Notes under the pieces: generated by a model
Seen by the model: the letters and a program-made list of their open reading frames with translations, nothing else
What the model was told of the DNA's origin: nothing
Databases searched by the model: none
Origin: Bdellovibrionota bacterium
GTDB taxonomy: Bacteria; Bdellovibrionota_C; UBA2361; CALJRW01
Direction: 5' to 3'
NCBI GenBank assembly: GCA_041740355.1
Contig: JBGSMD010000016.1
Span: 96,001-160,000 of the forward strand
Length of the DNA stretch: 64,000 nt
Part shown: positions 1 through 10,900 of the stretch, piece after piece
Position numbering within the stretch: the first letter of the stretch is position 1
How the letters are laid out: each line of letters begins with the position of its first letter
Translations under genes and position numbers: made by a program

Positions 1-324
1 AATTGTTGCTGAAGTTGACCCTGCCGTAATTGATAATGGAGTAGCAGTGATAGTGAAATCACTATCCTCGGTGGCAGTTCCACTAAGAGTATAAGGGATC
101 GTTACGTCTTCTTCGGCCGCTTCCGAAAGGGTAACATTAATATTTGAAGTGCCACTCTCATTAAGAATGGAGGAAGCTACGCTTACAAAATTAATTGTTG
201 GGCCATCAGTAGTAGTTACTGTGGATTGCGCTGCAAAACTATGACTTTCTTGGCAGGCATCCGAACCCAAAAGGAATGGGAGGATGAAGATTAGTAAAAT
301 AAATTTTAAATTAATTTTAAACAT
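1..324 (-). CDS. Exported Calx-beta/Ig-like domain surface protein, 3' end beyond window
   Basis: Own translation from ATG at 324: MFKINLKFILLIFILPFLLGSDAC..., then INVTLSEAAEEDVTIPYTLSGTATEDSDFTIT...ITAGSTSATI, a typical Calx-beta pattern. Frame stays open to position 1. Confidence 0.75.
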   Translation of the reverse strand, partial: MFKINLKFILLIFILPFLLGSDACQESHSFAAQSTVTTTDGPTINFVSVASSILNESGTSNINVTLSEAAEEDVTIPYTLSGTATEDSDFTITATPLSITAGSTSATI

Positions 325-463
325 ATTTTTAAAATAGATTAGGACACAATTTAATTACCATAATAGCTGTTGGAACAAATTGCTATTTGTATAAACTAAC
401 AACATTAAATACTAGGCGACATTGAATCTTTGCCATAATAAAATCTAGGTACCTAGTATATCA

Positions 464-1690
464 TTAGTTCACTATAGTTTTAGTTTGTCTTTGTAACAAG
501 TCTTTACTAAGAAAATAAAGCAAGATGACGGAGATACAAAACTGCGGCATACGTATTAATGTTTGCCCACTTTGAGTGGACCACTTAATACTAAAATTAC
601 TAATATTCCACGTTGTATAACGTGCCAATAAATTTCCATGTGTATTTAAAAATGAATACTCTATTAAGTAGGTGATACTGACAATTCCCAACCAAAAATA
701 GCAAATTATTAGTAAATCACGACTAGCTACTGCCATAATTACAACTAGTAAGGGCAAAAACCAATACGCATATTGAGGACCATACCCAGTACCAAAATTG
801 GTGAGAATCAAAAGAATCATTCCTGTGTAGAGATATAGCTTTTCTGGTTGGATCTTCTTGGAACGAGCAAAGTAATAACTTGCGGAAACGGAGGACAAAA
901 CCAAAGCTCCTAAGAAAAAAGAGGTATATATTGGCAAATATCTTTTCAAGTCAAATAAAAAGAGAAGCCCAGTTACTCCATAATAACCTGGGGTCGAGCG
1001 ATATCTAAGTATGTTGTCAACCGTTGCTTGGGGTGAAAGATGATAAAGATAAGAGATACTTAAAAATGTTGGCAATACAAGTAAGAGTCCACCTATAAAA
1101 ATCGTTCTCAATTTTAGATGTGAGATTGAAGATAATAAAAGCGGAACTAGGATAATCGGAATTGTCTTAGTTAAAATTCCCAGTCCTAAGAAAGCACAAG
1201 ATTTTAACCAGTCATTAGGCTTAAGTGTCGATTGAAAACTGACCAAAAAACTTAAACTTAAAAAAATAAATAATCCTACTAGGACATCAAAATTACAATG
1301 AATGGTGACTAAAATAAGTGGTACGGGACAAAGAATATAAACTAGGAATAAATTAATTATTGATTCTTTGCCAAATTTTTTAACTAAAAATTTATATGAA
1401 ATTATTATTAAAAGTGCTTCAATTAGAACCAGAAAAAAACGAATTAAAAAGACAAAATCTATTTTAAATAATGAGGAAACAAAATTTAAACTGACTAAGA
1501 TCCCTAGCCAAAGGGGGGGCCAGTTTAGGAATGGAGTACTCGCATAGGGATTCTCGCCCCGAGTCCATGCCTTGATCACTTCTATCCAAAATACATGATC
1601 CGTGCATAAAATTTCATTAAAAAACACTACTAAGGCAGCAGTTCTTGTAAATAAATATAGGGATAACAATAAATTGGAATTCTTAAGCAT
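464..1690 (-). CDS. GT-C fold membrane glycosyltransferase (GT87/mannosyltransferase-like)
   Basis: Many TM segments; NPY..TPFLNWPPL, NFD, GILTKTIP and PQYAYW motifs. Confidence 0.7.
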   Translation of the reverse strand: MLKNSNLLLSLYLFTRTAALVVFFNEILCTDHVFWIEVIKAWTRGENPYASTPFLNWPPLWLGILVSLNFVSSLFKIDFVFLIRFFLVLIEALLIIISYKFLVKKFGKESIINLFLVYILCPVPLILVTIHCNFDVLVGLFIFLSLSFLVSFQSTLKPNDWLKSCAFLGLGILTKTIPIILVPLLLSSISHLKLRTIFIGGLLLVLPTFLSISYLYHLSPQATVDNILRYRSTPGYYGVTGLLFLFDLKRYLPIYTSFFLGALVLSSVSASYYFARSKKIQPEKLYLYTGMILLILTNFGTGYGPQYAYWFLPLLVVIMAVASRDLLIICYFWLGIVSITYLIEYSFLNTHGNLLARYTTWNISNFSIKWSTQSGQTLIRMPQFCISVILLYFLSKDLLQRQTKTIVN

Positions 1691-1935
1691 ATTTCTTGGA
1701 AGGAGGAGAACTGAGGTTAATGTAATTCAACAACTGAGGTTGGTAAATATAGGATAACTAATTTTGAAAGTTAAATTAATTTATCCTAGTATCTTCTATA
1801 ATACTTAATTCTTGAATTTCTCTTGATAATTCAACTATCTAAGACCTTTACAGTCCTAAAATAGAAGTATAATATAAACTAAGCTTATTAAGTTAAGAAA
1901 AACTAAAAAAATCATTTAAATAATTAATACCAATT

Positions 1936-2550
1936 ATGGCTCACGAACTTCCAAATTTACCTTACGATTATAATGCTCTCGAACCGCATATCGATGAACA
2001 AACTATGCGTTTACATCATGACATTCACCACTTGGGTTATGTTAATGGTTTAAATAAAGCAGAATTAGAACTTGCAAAAGCTCGTGAAACTAATGATTTT
2101 GCACTAGTTAAGCATTGGGAAAGAGAATTAGCATTTCATGGTGCTGGTCATTTTTTACACTGTATTTTCTGGGAAAATATGGCACCAAATGCTGGTGGTC
2201 ATGCAACAGGCAAACTAGCTGAAGCAATCGACAAAAAATTTGGTAGCTTTGATAAATTTATCTCCCAGTTTAAGGCTGCCGGAACTGCTGTTGAAGGTTC
2301 AGGCTGGGTCCTTTTAACACACAATGGGATGACATCTGAACTTGAAATCCTGACGGCAGAAAAACATCAAGATTTAGCTCAGTGGGTATCCTATCCATTG
2401 TTAGCTTGTGATGTTTGGGAACATGCCTACTACTTAAAGTATCAGAATAAACGCGCAGCTTATCTGGAAGGCTTTGTTAATGTTATTAACTGGGCGGATG
2501 TTTCTAAGCGTTTTGAAAAATGTGCTAGCAAATCTGCTTGCTGTAAATAA
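1936..2550 (+). CDS. sodA: Fe/Mn superoxide dismutase
   Basis: LPYDYNALEPHID, HHxxHH, HCIFW and DVWEHAYY signature. Metal specificity not determined. Confidence 0.93.
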   Translation: MAHELPNLPYDYNALEPHIDEQTMRLHHDIHHLGYVNGLNKAELELAKARETNDFALVKHWERELAFHGAGHFLHCIFWENMAPNAGGHATGKLAEAIDKKFGSFDKFISQFKAAGTAVEGSGWVLLTHNGMTSELEILTAEKHQDLAQWVSYPLLACDVWEHAYYLKYQNKRAAYLEGFVNVINWADVSKRFEKCASKSACCK

Positions 2551-2555
2551 TACTT

Positions 2556-2589
2556 TTAGGATGAAGTTCGCTATTGAACTTCATCCTAA
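2556..2589 (+). terminator. 14-bp stem-loop after sod
   Basis: ttaggatgaagttc-gctatt-gaacttcatcctaa; weak U-tract. Confidence 0.6.
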
Positions 2590-2633
2590 TTCGTCACCAC
2601 GAGATCCTTTTTGTACATCACTTAATAGCTATA

Positions 2634-5264
2634 ATGTCTTTACCAAATAAATTCGAACCAAAAGTTTCTGAAAAATTAATCCAGGATATTTGGGAAACAA
2701 ATGAAACATACAAATGGGATGCCAACTCACAAACAGAGCCATTCATTGTAGACACTCCCCCTCCAACTGTTTCCGGCTCCTTACATTTGGGACACGTATT
2801 TAGCTACACTCAAACGGATATAGTAACCCGCTTTCAACGAATGATCGGCAAAAATGTTTTCTATCCTATGGGCTGGGACGATAATGGACTTCCCACTGAA
2901 CGGCGCGTCCAGAATTTTTTTGGTATTAAGTGTAACCCCAATGTTAAAGATCAAGAAAGCTTTCAGTTAAATTATAATTTCGATCCCAAGAAAGATCAGA
3001 TTCTGGAAGTTTCCAGAAAAGATTTTATTGCTGCTTGTGTAGAATTAACAACTAAAGATGAAGTTGCTTATGAAGCAATGTGGCGTCGCCTGGGTCTTTC
3101 CGTTGACTGGAATGAAACCTACTCGACAATCAATGCCCACTCCCAGAAAATTTCTCAGTTATCATTTTTAGATTTAGCTACTAAAAATCAAGTTTACAAT
3201 CTAGAATCTCCGACTATGTGGGATGTTGATTTTCAATCAGCAATTGCCCAAGCTGAGCTTGAAGATCGCGAAAGACCCGGAGCTTTTCATGATCTGAAAT
3301 TTCAAATGGAAAGTGGTGAAGAATTTATTATTGCAACAACACGTCCAGAATTACTCCCTGCTTGTATCGCGGTAGTTGCCCATCCAAGTGATGAGCGTTA
3401 TCAGAAGTTCTTTGGTAAAACTGCAATCACGCCACTTTTCCACGCACCTGTACCAGTCCTTGCATCAGAACATGCCGAGCCGGAAAAAGGCAGCGGGATG
3501 ATGATGATTTGTACTTTTGGTGATATTAATGACGTTCAGTGGTGGAAACAATCTGGCTTGCCAATCAAACAAGTAATCAACTTACAAGGGATTATCCGTC
3601 CAATAACTTTTGGAGAAGACGCTTTTCTTAGTCAAAATCCAGATTTAGCGAATAAAAACTATCAACAGTTAACAGGACTTTACTTAAAACAAGCTCAGAA
3701 AAAAATAGTTGAACTTTTAGCTTCTCCAGAATCGTCAGTAGATGGGAAGTCTGCTGCTTTAGTTGGAGAGCCAAAGACTATTACCCACTCGGTTAAATTC
3801 TATGAAAAAGGTGATCGACCACTGGAGTTTATTCCAACTAGACAATGGTTTATTAAGACCTTGGATCATAAAGAAGCCTTATTAGAACAAGGAATGAAAA
3901 TTAATTGGCATCCCGAGCACATGCGGGTTCGCTATGAAAATTGGGTTAAAGGATTAAACCAAGACTGGTGTGTTAGCCGTCAAAGATATTTTGGAGTTCC
4001 CTTCCCTGTTTGGTATCCAATCAACGCGCTTGGCGAAGTCAATTACCTGACTCCAATTTATGCTGAGATTAAAGATCTGCCAGTAGATCCAATGAGTCAA
4101 GTGCCTCCTGGTTATCTTGAATCTCAACGCGGACAAGCAAGTGGATTTGTAGGAGATCCAGATGTTATGGATACTTGGGCAACTTCATCGATGACACCAC
4201 AACTTGCCAGCCATTGGGGTACAGACGAAAAACGACATAAAAAATTATTTCCAGCCAACATTCGTCCACAGGCTCATGAAATTATCAGGACTTGGGCTTT
4301 CTATACGATCGTAAAATCTTGGCAGCATTCTGGAGAGATTCCTTGGAAAGATATTTTAATCAGTGGTTGGGTTCTAGATCCTGAGCGCAAGAAAATGAGC
4401 AAATCCAAAGGAAATGTAATAACACCAGAAACTTTATTTGATGAATATTCACCAGATGCTATTCGTTACTGGACTGCGAAAGCTCGACTGGGCGCAGATA
4501 CTGCTATTGAAGAAGCTGTTTTCAAAATGGGAGGAAAACTTTGTACTAAAATCTTCAATGCTTCCAAGTTTGTTTTAATGCAGTTTGAAAGAATTGGATT
4601 AAACATCAAAGATTACAATCTAAGTGATGTAAATTGCGAACTAGATCGTGCTTTAATTGCCAATTTACAGTCAGTGATTACTGAGAGTTCGAAGTCATTA
4701 GAAAATTTTGAGTACACAACTGCTCTAAAGTTAATCGAAGATGCCTTTTGGGATTTCTGTGATAACTACTTGGAATTAGTGAAAGTTAGATCTTACCAAG
4801 ATGAGGACAACGCGGAAAGAAAATCAGCAATGGCAGCACTGGCTTGGAGTCTGAAAACATTCTTAAAATTATTCGCTCCGTATGTACCATATGTAACGGA
4901 AGAAGTTTGGCAGGAGAGTTTTAAAGATGCTTCTCACCCAGCAATTCATAAATCTTCTTGGCCAACGGTTGACGAAGCCAATACTGTCTTAAAACCTAGT
5001 TACGCCATGGCCTACACCTCAGCTACAGAAGTAATTAGTAAAGTTCGTGGTGTCAAAACAGCTTCACAGAAAAGTCTAAAATGGGAAATTGCTGAATTAA
5101 ATATTTCATGTTCAATAGAAGCCAAGCAAGCATTAGAATCGGTAATTAATGACCTAAGACAAGCTGCCAATGTAAAAGATCAGGGTTTGATTTTTAGTCC
5201 TAGTAGTAACCAAGCGGGCAACTTAGAAATTACTGTAATCTTATCCGAAAGTTGGGGCCAATAA
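2634..5264 (+). CDS. valS: Valine--tRNA ligase (shorter type without an obvious C-terminal coiled-coil arm)
   Basis: DTPPPTVSGSLHLGH (HIGH), ATTRPE, DWCVSRQR and KMSKS motifs. ATG 2634 preferred because the track start at 2574 lies in the sod hairpin. Confidence 0.95.
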   Translation: MSLPNKFEPKVSEKLIQDIWETNETYKWDANSQTEPFIVDTPPPTVSGSLHLGHVFSYTQTDIVTRFQRMIGKNVFYPMGWDDNGLPTERRVQNFFGIKCNPNVKDQESFQLNYNFDPKKDQILEVSRKDFIAACVELTTKDEVAYEAMWRRLGLSVDWNETYSTINAHSQKISQLSFLDLATKNQVYNLESPTMWDVDFQSAIAQAELEDRERPGAFHDLKFQMESGEEFIIATTRPELLPACIAVVAHPSDERYQKFFGKTAITPLFHAPVPVLASEHAEPEKGSGMMMICTFGDINDVQWWKQSGLPIKQVINLQGIIRPITFGEDAFLSQNPDLANKNYQQLTGLYLKQAQKKIVELLASPESSVDGKSAALVGEPKTITHSVKFYEKGDRPLEFIPTRQWFIKTLDHKEALLEQGMKINWHPEHMRVRYENWVKGLNQDWCVSRQRYFGVPFPVWYPINALGEVNYLTPIYAEIKDLPVDPMSQVPPGYLESQRGQASGFVGDPDVMDTWATSSMTPQLASHWGTDEKRHKKLFPANIRPQAHEIIRTWAFYTIVKSWQHSGEIPWKDILISGWVLDPERKKMSKSKGNVITPETLFDEYSPDAIRYWTAKARLGADTAIEEAVFKMGGKLCTKIFNASKFVLMQFERIGLNIKDYNLSDVNCELDRALIANLQSVITESSKSLENFEYTTALKLIEDAFWDFCDNYLELVKVRSYQDEDNAERKSAMAALAWSLKTFLKLFAPYVPYVTEEVWQESFKDASHPAIHKSSWPTVDEANTVLKPSYAMAYTSATEVISKVRGVKTASQKSLKWEIAELNISCSIEAKQALESVINDLRQAANVKDQGLIFSPSSNQAGNLEITVILSESWGQ

Positions 5265-6832
5265 TGACTGACCAAAGAATTCTGCTTGGTTGTAATACTG
5301 AAGGGCAACAGGTTTTCCTTAATTGCAAAATGGCGAATCGCCATGGATTAATTGCCGGTGCTACGGGGACTGGTAAAACTGTTACGTTGCAAGTTTTAGC
5401 AGAGGCATTTTCGGCCCTTGGTGTTCCAGTATTTACTGCTGACGTAAAAGGAGATTTGTCAGGCCTAGCTAAATCGGGAACTCTTAGTAACAAAATTCAA
5501 GAAAGAATTGAACAAATCAAATTAGAAAATTTTCAATTGCAATCCTCCCCCGTTATTTTTTGGGACTTATTTCAAAAGAATGGTCATCCCGTAAGAACTA
5601 CGATTTCGGAGTTGGGCCCATCACTCCTAGCTAGATTAATGGACTTAAATGATACCCAAGAAGGTATTCTTCAAATTGCTTTTAAGTACGCGGATGATCA
5701 AAATTTATTATTACTGGACTTAAAAGATCTGCAAGAATTATTAAGATGGCTTGCCGAGCATAGTGATGAAATTAAACTTAACTATGGCAATGTTCATCCA
5801 ACTTCAGTTGCCGCTATTCAAAGAGACCTGCTAGTTTTAGAACAAAATGGAGCGGTTAATTTTTTTGCTGAACCGGCATTAGATATTAAAGACTTATTGC
5901 GAAAAGATTTATCAGGTAAAGGAATTATCAACATCCTCGATGCCACAACCTTACTTCATGACGGACGGCTCTATTCAACTTTCTTGTTATGGTTATTATC
6001 TGAACTTTTTGAACACCTGCCCGAAATTGGAGATCAAGATCTACCAAAACTTGTCTTCTTCTTTGACGAAGCTCATTTGCTTTTTAATTCTGCACCAAAA
6101 GCTCTGCTAGAAAAGATTGAATTAGTAGTACGTTTAATTAGATCTAAAGGTGTTGGGATATATTTCATTACCCAAAACCCTAAAGATTTACCGGAAATGA
6201 TCTTAGCTCAACTTGGCAATCGTTTTCAGCATGCCTTGCGCGCCTATACTCCTGCGGAGCAAAAAGGGATTAGAGTAGCTGCGGAATCCTTTAGAGCAAA
6301 TCCAAAGTTTGAGACAGAAACTGCTATTACGAATTTACAAATTGGACAGGCACTTGTCTCCGTCTTAGATTTGCAAGGCGCGCCAACGATTGTAGAAAAG
6401 ACTTTAATCTGCCCTCCCAAGTCAAGACTAGGTACCATATCTCCAGAAGAGCGTGCCGAGCAGATAATGGCCTCCCCTTTTGTTGATAAATATTTAAAGA
6501 CCGAAGATCGCGAGTCAGCCTACGAAATCTTACGCGGCAAAATGGAAGAGATCGCAATTACTAAACCAGATCAGACTAAGGGACGCCCTAAAGATAGCAT
6601 TCTGGCTTCAAGTGGAAAATCATTTGTTCGCTCCATGGCTTCTACAATTGGACGAATTTTAGTTGGACTATTTGCTGGACTTCTTCTAAGTAAAGGAACA
6701 ACAAGTAAGAAAAAAACGACTTCAATTTCTGAACAAGTTACTCGCTCTGTTGGTACTAGTATTAAGCGAACTATTAGTAATCAAATTGGAAATCAAATTA
6801 GTCGAGGGATCCTCGGCTCGATTCTCAAATAA
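5264..6832 (+). CDS. HerA-like ATPase, DUF853/YjgR family
   Basis: MANRHGLIAGATGTGKT, DVKGDLSG, FFFDEAH and QLGNRFQHALRAYTP motifs. TAATG overlap with valS stop. Confidence 0.9.
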   Translation: MTDQRILLGCNTEGQQVFLNCKMANRHGLIAGATGTGKTVTLQVLAEAFSALGVPVFTADVKGDLSGLAKSGTLSNKIQERIEQIKLENFQLQSSPVIFWDLFQKNGHPVRTTISELGPSLLARLMDLNDTQEGILQIAFKYADDQNLLLLDLKDLQELLRWLAEHSDEIKLNYGNVHPTSVAAIQRDLLVLEQNGAVNFFAEPALDIKDLLRKDLSGKGIINILDATTLLHDGRLYSTFLLWLLSELFEHLPEIGDQDLPKLVFFFDEAHLLFNSAPKALLEKIELVVRLIRSKGVGIYFITQNPKDLPEMILAQLGNRFQHALRAYTPAEQKGIRVAAESFRANPKFETETAITNLQIGQALVSVLDLQGAPTIVEKTLICPPKSRLGTISPEERAEQIMASPFVDKYLKTEDRESAYEILRGKMEEIAITKPDQTKGRPKDSILASSGKSFVRSMASTIGRILVGLFAGLLLSKGTTSKKKTTSISEQVTRSVGTSIKRTISNQIGNQISRGILGSILK

Positions 6833-6853
6833 TTATTTGTTTTAAAGATTGAA

Positions 6854-7546
6854 TTGAAGATCTTATTAACCAACGATGATGGTTTTGACTCCGAGGGATT
6901 AAACGCCCTCCGTCAATTAATGAGTAGTTACGGACAGCTCACTATTTGCGCCCCTAAACTTCCTCACTCTTATGCTGGTCATCGCGTAACACCGGACCGA
7001 CCACTAGAGCTAACCAAGTATCATCAACAAGAAGATTTTTTTCATTTATCAGGTACTCCAGCAGATTGTTCGCGCATTGCCCTAACTCAAATTTGTCCTG
7101 ATGTTGATTGGGTAATTTCAGGTATTAATCATGGGGCGAACCTCGGTGTTGATGTTTACACCTCTGGTACAGTAGCTGCAGCTAGAGAAGCCTCGATCCT
7201 AGGTTACCAATCTATTGCCATTTCTCATTACATATTAAAAGGTAAAATTATTGACTGGAATCTAGCAACTTCTCGCCTAAAAGTAGCGCTTGATGAGATT
7301 TTCCAAAAACATAAAGCAAACAGTGGATATTGGAATATCAATTTACCTCATCCCAATAATCTGGAACTTTGCGAGTTCAAAATTTGTGAATTAGATCCCA
7401 GTCCATTACAAGTTAAATATCTAAAGTCGAATAATTCTTTTCATTACAATGGAGAGTTTGCCTTACGACCTAAAACTCCGGAAAAAGATGTTGACGAGTG
7501 CCTAGTTCAGGAAAAGATAACTGGAACCCTCTTAACTATCGTCTAA
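6854..7546 (+). CDS. surE: 5'/3'-nucleotidase SurE
   Basis: ILLTNDDG, GTPADC and SGINHGANLG..YTSGTVAAAREA motifs. Confidence 0.93.
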   Translation: MKILLTNDDGFDSEGLNALRQLMSSYGQLTICAPKLPHSYAGHRVTPDRPLELTKYHQQEDFFHLSGTPADCSRIALTQICPDVDWVISGINHGANLGVDVYTSGTVAAAREASILGYQSIAISHYILKGKIIDWNLATSRLKVALDEIFQKHKANSGYWNINLPHPNNLELCEFKICELDPSPLQVKYLKSNNSFHYNGEFALRPKTPEKDVDECLVQEKITGTLLTIV

Positions 7547-7582
7547 TGATTGAAAGCAGCTACTTAAATTATCAAGTATAGT

Positions 7583-7629
7583 AAGTCCAAAAAGTAATTT
7601 CCGTAGGGAATTACTTTTTGTCATAACTA
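7583..7629. repeat. Family-A palindromic repeat, short copy, between convergent surE and radC
   Basis: caaaaagtaatttcc-gta-gggaattactttttg followed by tcataacta; shared with the copies at about 15.2 kb and 24.3 kb. Confidence 0.75.
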
Positions 7630-7635
7630 GATACC

Positions 7636-8292
7636 TCAGGCAGACATACGCCCATCTTCAGCAAAACTATAAAAGCCTGTCTGAGCAAAGATGATATGAT
7701 CTAATAATTTGATTCCTAGTAAAGCTGCTGCTTCCTGTAATCTTTTGGTTACTTTTAAATCTTCGGGACTGGGCTGTAAATTACCAGAAGGATGATTATG
7801 TGCCACAATTAATGAGCAAGCTCGATCTACTAAAGGATCGGCAAAAACTTCACGAGGATGAACTTGAGTACAATTAACTAGTCCAATTGAAACCACTCGA
7901 ATCTCAATAATTTCATTTGCTCCGTTTAGACTGATACTTATAAAGTGTTCTTGTTTTTTATCAACGTAAATCATCAAATAAGGAATTAGATCACTAGCAG
8001 ACGATATTTTTTTGCCAAATTTGAGGGAATGCCTACGCCCTAATTCTAAAGATGCCATTAACTGACAAGCTTTAACTTTACTTATCTGGGTAATCGGTCG
8101 CAAATCTTCCAAGGATAGATCCTTATTCTTAAGTTTGATAATTGCTAAGATTTTTATAGCAACATCGCTAGACAATATTTGGCTTTTCCCTCCACCAATA
8201 ATCATCGAAATTAACTCTAGGTCACTTAGACTGTCTCCTCCATAATTAAGTAATTTTTCTCTGGTCAGCATAAATTGAGATTGATCGATCAA
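7636..8292 (-). CDS. radC: RadC family JAB-domain protein
   Basis: REKLL..G..SLSD.EL, VHPREVF and AHNHPSG...PS.ED...LLDHII motifs. Confidence 0.92.
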   Translation of the reverse strand: MIDQSQFMLTREKLLNYGGDSLSDLELISMIIGGGKSQILSSDVAIKILAIIKLKNKDLSLEDLRPITQISKVKACQLMASLELGRRHSLKFGKKISSASDLIPYLMIYVDKKQEHFISISLNGANEIIEIRVVSIGLVNCTQVHPREVFADPLVDRACSLIVAHNHPSGNLQPSPEDLKVTKRLQEAAALLGIKLLDHIIFAQTGFYSFAEDGRMSA

Positions 8293-8390
8293 AAACCATA
8301 AAGGTTGCTTAAAATTATCATACCGGGCAAAATTTTGTTTACCATTATCTAAAAGTCGCTTAGAATTATTGAACTAATTAGTATCAAATT

Positions 8391-9299
8391 TTGAAGATGA
8401 AATATCAAATTAAAGTAAATGACCAACAAATAAAACTAATTACCTGTCCTGAAGAGCAAACTACCAGCAGGAATACGCTCTTTCTTGCTGGTGGCATTTC
8501 GAACTGCCCTGATTGGCAAAGTGATCTAATTAAACTAATTGATAAATTGCCAATAACAACCCTGAATCCTCGAAGATTAAGCTTTGACACTAGCAATCCT
8601 TCCGCAACAGATTTTCAAATAGCTTGGGAACATCGCCATTTGCACATAGCGGAGACAATTTCATTTTGGTTTCCCAAAGAAACAGAATGCCCGATTACCT
8701 TATTTGAATTAGGTTACTGGTTACTTTCCTCCAAGCCACTGATTATCGGAGCCGATCCAGATTATATCCGTATCCAGGAAATATTTGCCTACTTAGCGAT
8801 TCATCGTCCCGAGTTACGGATTGATACAACCCTAAAAGATCTCGCTCTAAAAATTACCAGTGTTGGAAAATCTAATTTTAATGTTACAAATTTCCCAATC
8901 AAAAACGAAGAAATATATTTGGCTGGAGGCATCAGTGATTGCCCTAATTGGCAAATAGATCTTAACAAGGAGTTAACGGAACGAAATATCTTAGTTTTTA
9001 ATCCGCGCACCGATAACTTTATGGGTAAAGGTGGGCTAAATTATCGAAAAATTTTGCAAGCAAATCACCAACGATTCCTTGATTCTAAAGCAATTGTCTT
9101 TTGGTTTCCTAAGTCAACATTAAATTCAATGGCGCTTTTTGAGCTGGGGATTGCCTGCCAACTTAATAAACCTATTTTTATTGGTGTAGAGCCTGGATAT
9201 CAAAGAGAACAAGATATTCATGTCCAAGTTGGCCTTGCTAGACCAGAAGTAAATGTTGTCAATTCCCTTGAACAGTTAGTTGAACAATTATGCTTATAG
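8391..9299 (+). CDS. Tandem nucleoside 2-deoxyribosyltransferase-like (NDT/Rcl-like) domain protein
   Basis: Two copies of LAGGISxCPxWQ...NPR...FWFPK...LFELG. Confidence 0.75.
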   Translation: MKMKYQIKVNDQQIKLITCPEEQTTSRNTLFLAGGISNCPDWQSDLIKLIDKLPITTLNPRRLSFDTSNPSATDFQIAWEHRHLHIAETISFWFPKETECPITLFELGYWLLSSKPLIIGADPDYIRIQEIFAYLAIHRPELRIDTTLKDLALKITSVGKSNFNVTNFPIKNEEIYLAGGISDCPNWQIDLNKELTERNILVFNPRTDNFMGKGGLNYRKILQANHQRFLDSKAIVFWFPKSTLNSMALFELGIACQLNKPIFIGVEPGYQREQDIHVQVGLARPEVNVVNSLEQLVEQLCL

Positions 9300-9580
9300 A
9301 ACAAATTTTTAGTTTATTAATTACCACTAAAACTTAAGCTAAAAATATACTTTCTGAATTTATTATAGTAAACTTGAATGTGAATTTTTTAAAAAAATTT
9401 TTTTAAAAATTCCTGTTGAAATAACTATAGTTAAATGCTGCAAATACAATTCTCTAGAATAGTTTTTGTAATGAGAATTCTTTTTTCAGACAAGCTTTAT
9501 GGTTTTGAGGATCGACATAATTGTGACAACTTTGCTTTTGCCCATACCATAGTTAAAAATTCTACTTCTGATCTCAACAA

Positions 9581-10858
9581 ATGCTTAATCAAAAACATCT
9601 GATCATCGTCCTAGGGATGCATCGAAGTGGAACGAGTGCTATCACTCGAGGATTAGAAACTTTAGGTGTAAGTCTAGGCAATCAACTAGTTACTGGAAAA
9701 GCAGGTGAGAATGATAAAGGGTTTTTTGAAGATCGAGAATTTCTAGACTTAAATCAAACTTTACTAGCTGACCTCGGCACAAGTTGGGATGCTTTGGGGA
9801 ATTTTCCAATAAGCACTGGTTCCAGCTTAAAGATTCAAAAATATCAATTCTCATTTTCACAACTAATTAAGAATCGCTTTCAGGAAACTGATTATTATGG
9901 GTTAAAGGATCCTAGGTTTTGTAAACTATTGCCCTTGATTGAACCTGTACTACTTGATTTGGGGATTAATGTCCGGTTGATTATAGCCTCTCGTAATCCG
10001 CTAAGTGTTGCTAATTCAATCCTTAAACGTAATCAAATTCCATTAGTGAAAGGTTTGTATCTTTGGTTTGAACATACAATCCTCAGTCTTCAGTATTCTA
10101 AAAATTATCCAAGACTTGTAGTCGATTATGATCGAATATTGAAGAATACAACAAATGAAATAAAAAGAGTTGCTGATTTTTTAGAAATTAATCACCAAGT
10201 TTTGGCAGAAGATTTATACAGTTATCAAAGTATATTTCTAGATTCAAAACTACGACATTCAGAATATACTCTGGCAGATTTGGTAGATAATCAAACAATT
10301 CCAAAAATCGTTGTGGAACTCTATCAAATCCTAATTACTCTCTCCGAGGACCCAATTTTTTCTACATCAGCCGATACTATATCTAAGATCAATCAATTAA
10401 ATAATATTTATCAAGATTTTTTACCAGTCTTTAAATCTCACGATTATCTTGAACAGATTAATTCAGATTTGCAAACAATTTCCCTAAAACAAACTGATTC
10501 TATAATTATTAATAATTCCAACTTTAAGAATGAAATTAATTCCTTAAATAATGAAAATATTTCTTTAACGGCCACTATAAATTCCTTAAATAATGAAATT
10601 AATTCTTTATCGGATCAAATTAATTTATTAACAACTGAAAATAAGAATCTAAATATTGAAGTGCAGAATTTAAATCAGCTCTATATTCAAGAGAGACAAA
10701 AAGTTGAGGCGAGAGACACGTTTATTGCCCAACAATATAATCAATTAGAAGTGTCGCAATTAAATTTAAAAAGTGTTCTCCAAAGTCGCTCATGGAAGAT
10801 CACTAAGCCACTGCGTGTTATAAAAGAGAATTATCGCAAATCTAAAATTGATAAATAA
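9581..10858 (+). CDS. Sulfotransferase-family protein with C-terminal coiled coil (WbdD-like layout)
   Basis: VLGMHRSGTSA PAPS loop, GFFED, KDPR, RNPLSVA; Asn/Leu heptad coil; terminal SRSWKITKPLR. Confidence 0.85.
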   Translation: MLNQKHLIIVLGMHRSGTSAITRGLETLGVSLGNQLVTGKAGENDKGFFEDREFLDLNQTLLADLGTSWDALGNFPISTGSSLKIQKYQFSFSQLIKNRFQETDYYGLKDPRFCKLLPLIEPVLLDLGINVRLIIASRNPLSVANSILKRNQIPLVKGLYLWFEHTILSLQYSKNYPRLVVDYDRILKNTTNEIKRVADFLEINHQVLAEDLYSYQSIFLDSKLRHSEYTLADLVDNQTIPKIVVELYQILITLSEDPIFSTSADTISKINQLNNIYQDFLPVFKSHDYLEQINSDLQTISLKQTDSIIINNSNFKNEINSLNNENISLTATINSLNNEINSLSDQINLLTTENKNLNIEVQNLNQLYIQERQKVEARDTFIAQQYNQLEVSQLNLKSVLQSRSWKITKPLRVIKENYRKSKIDK

Positions 10859-10900
10859 CAATAAACGTAAACTATTTTTCAGGGAAAAACTTCTATATAT

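Noticed and set aside
9383-9412. A/T-run palindrome
   Set aside because: Low complexity, expected in an AT-rich genome.
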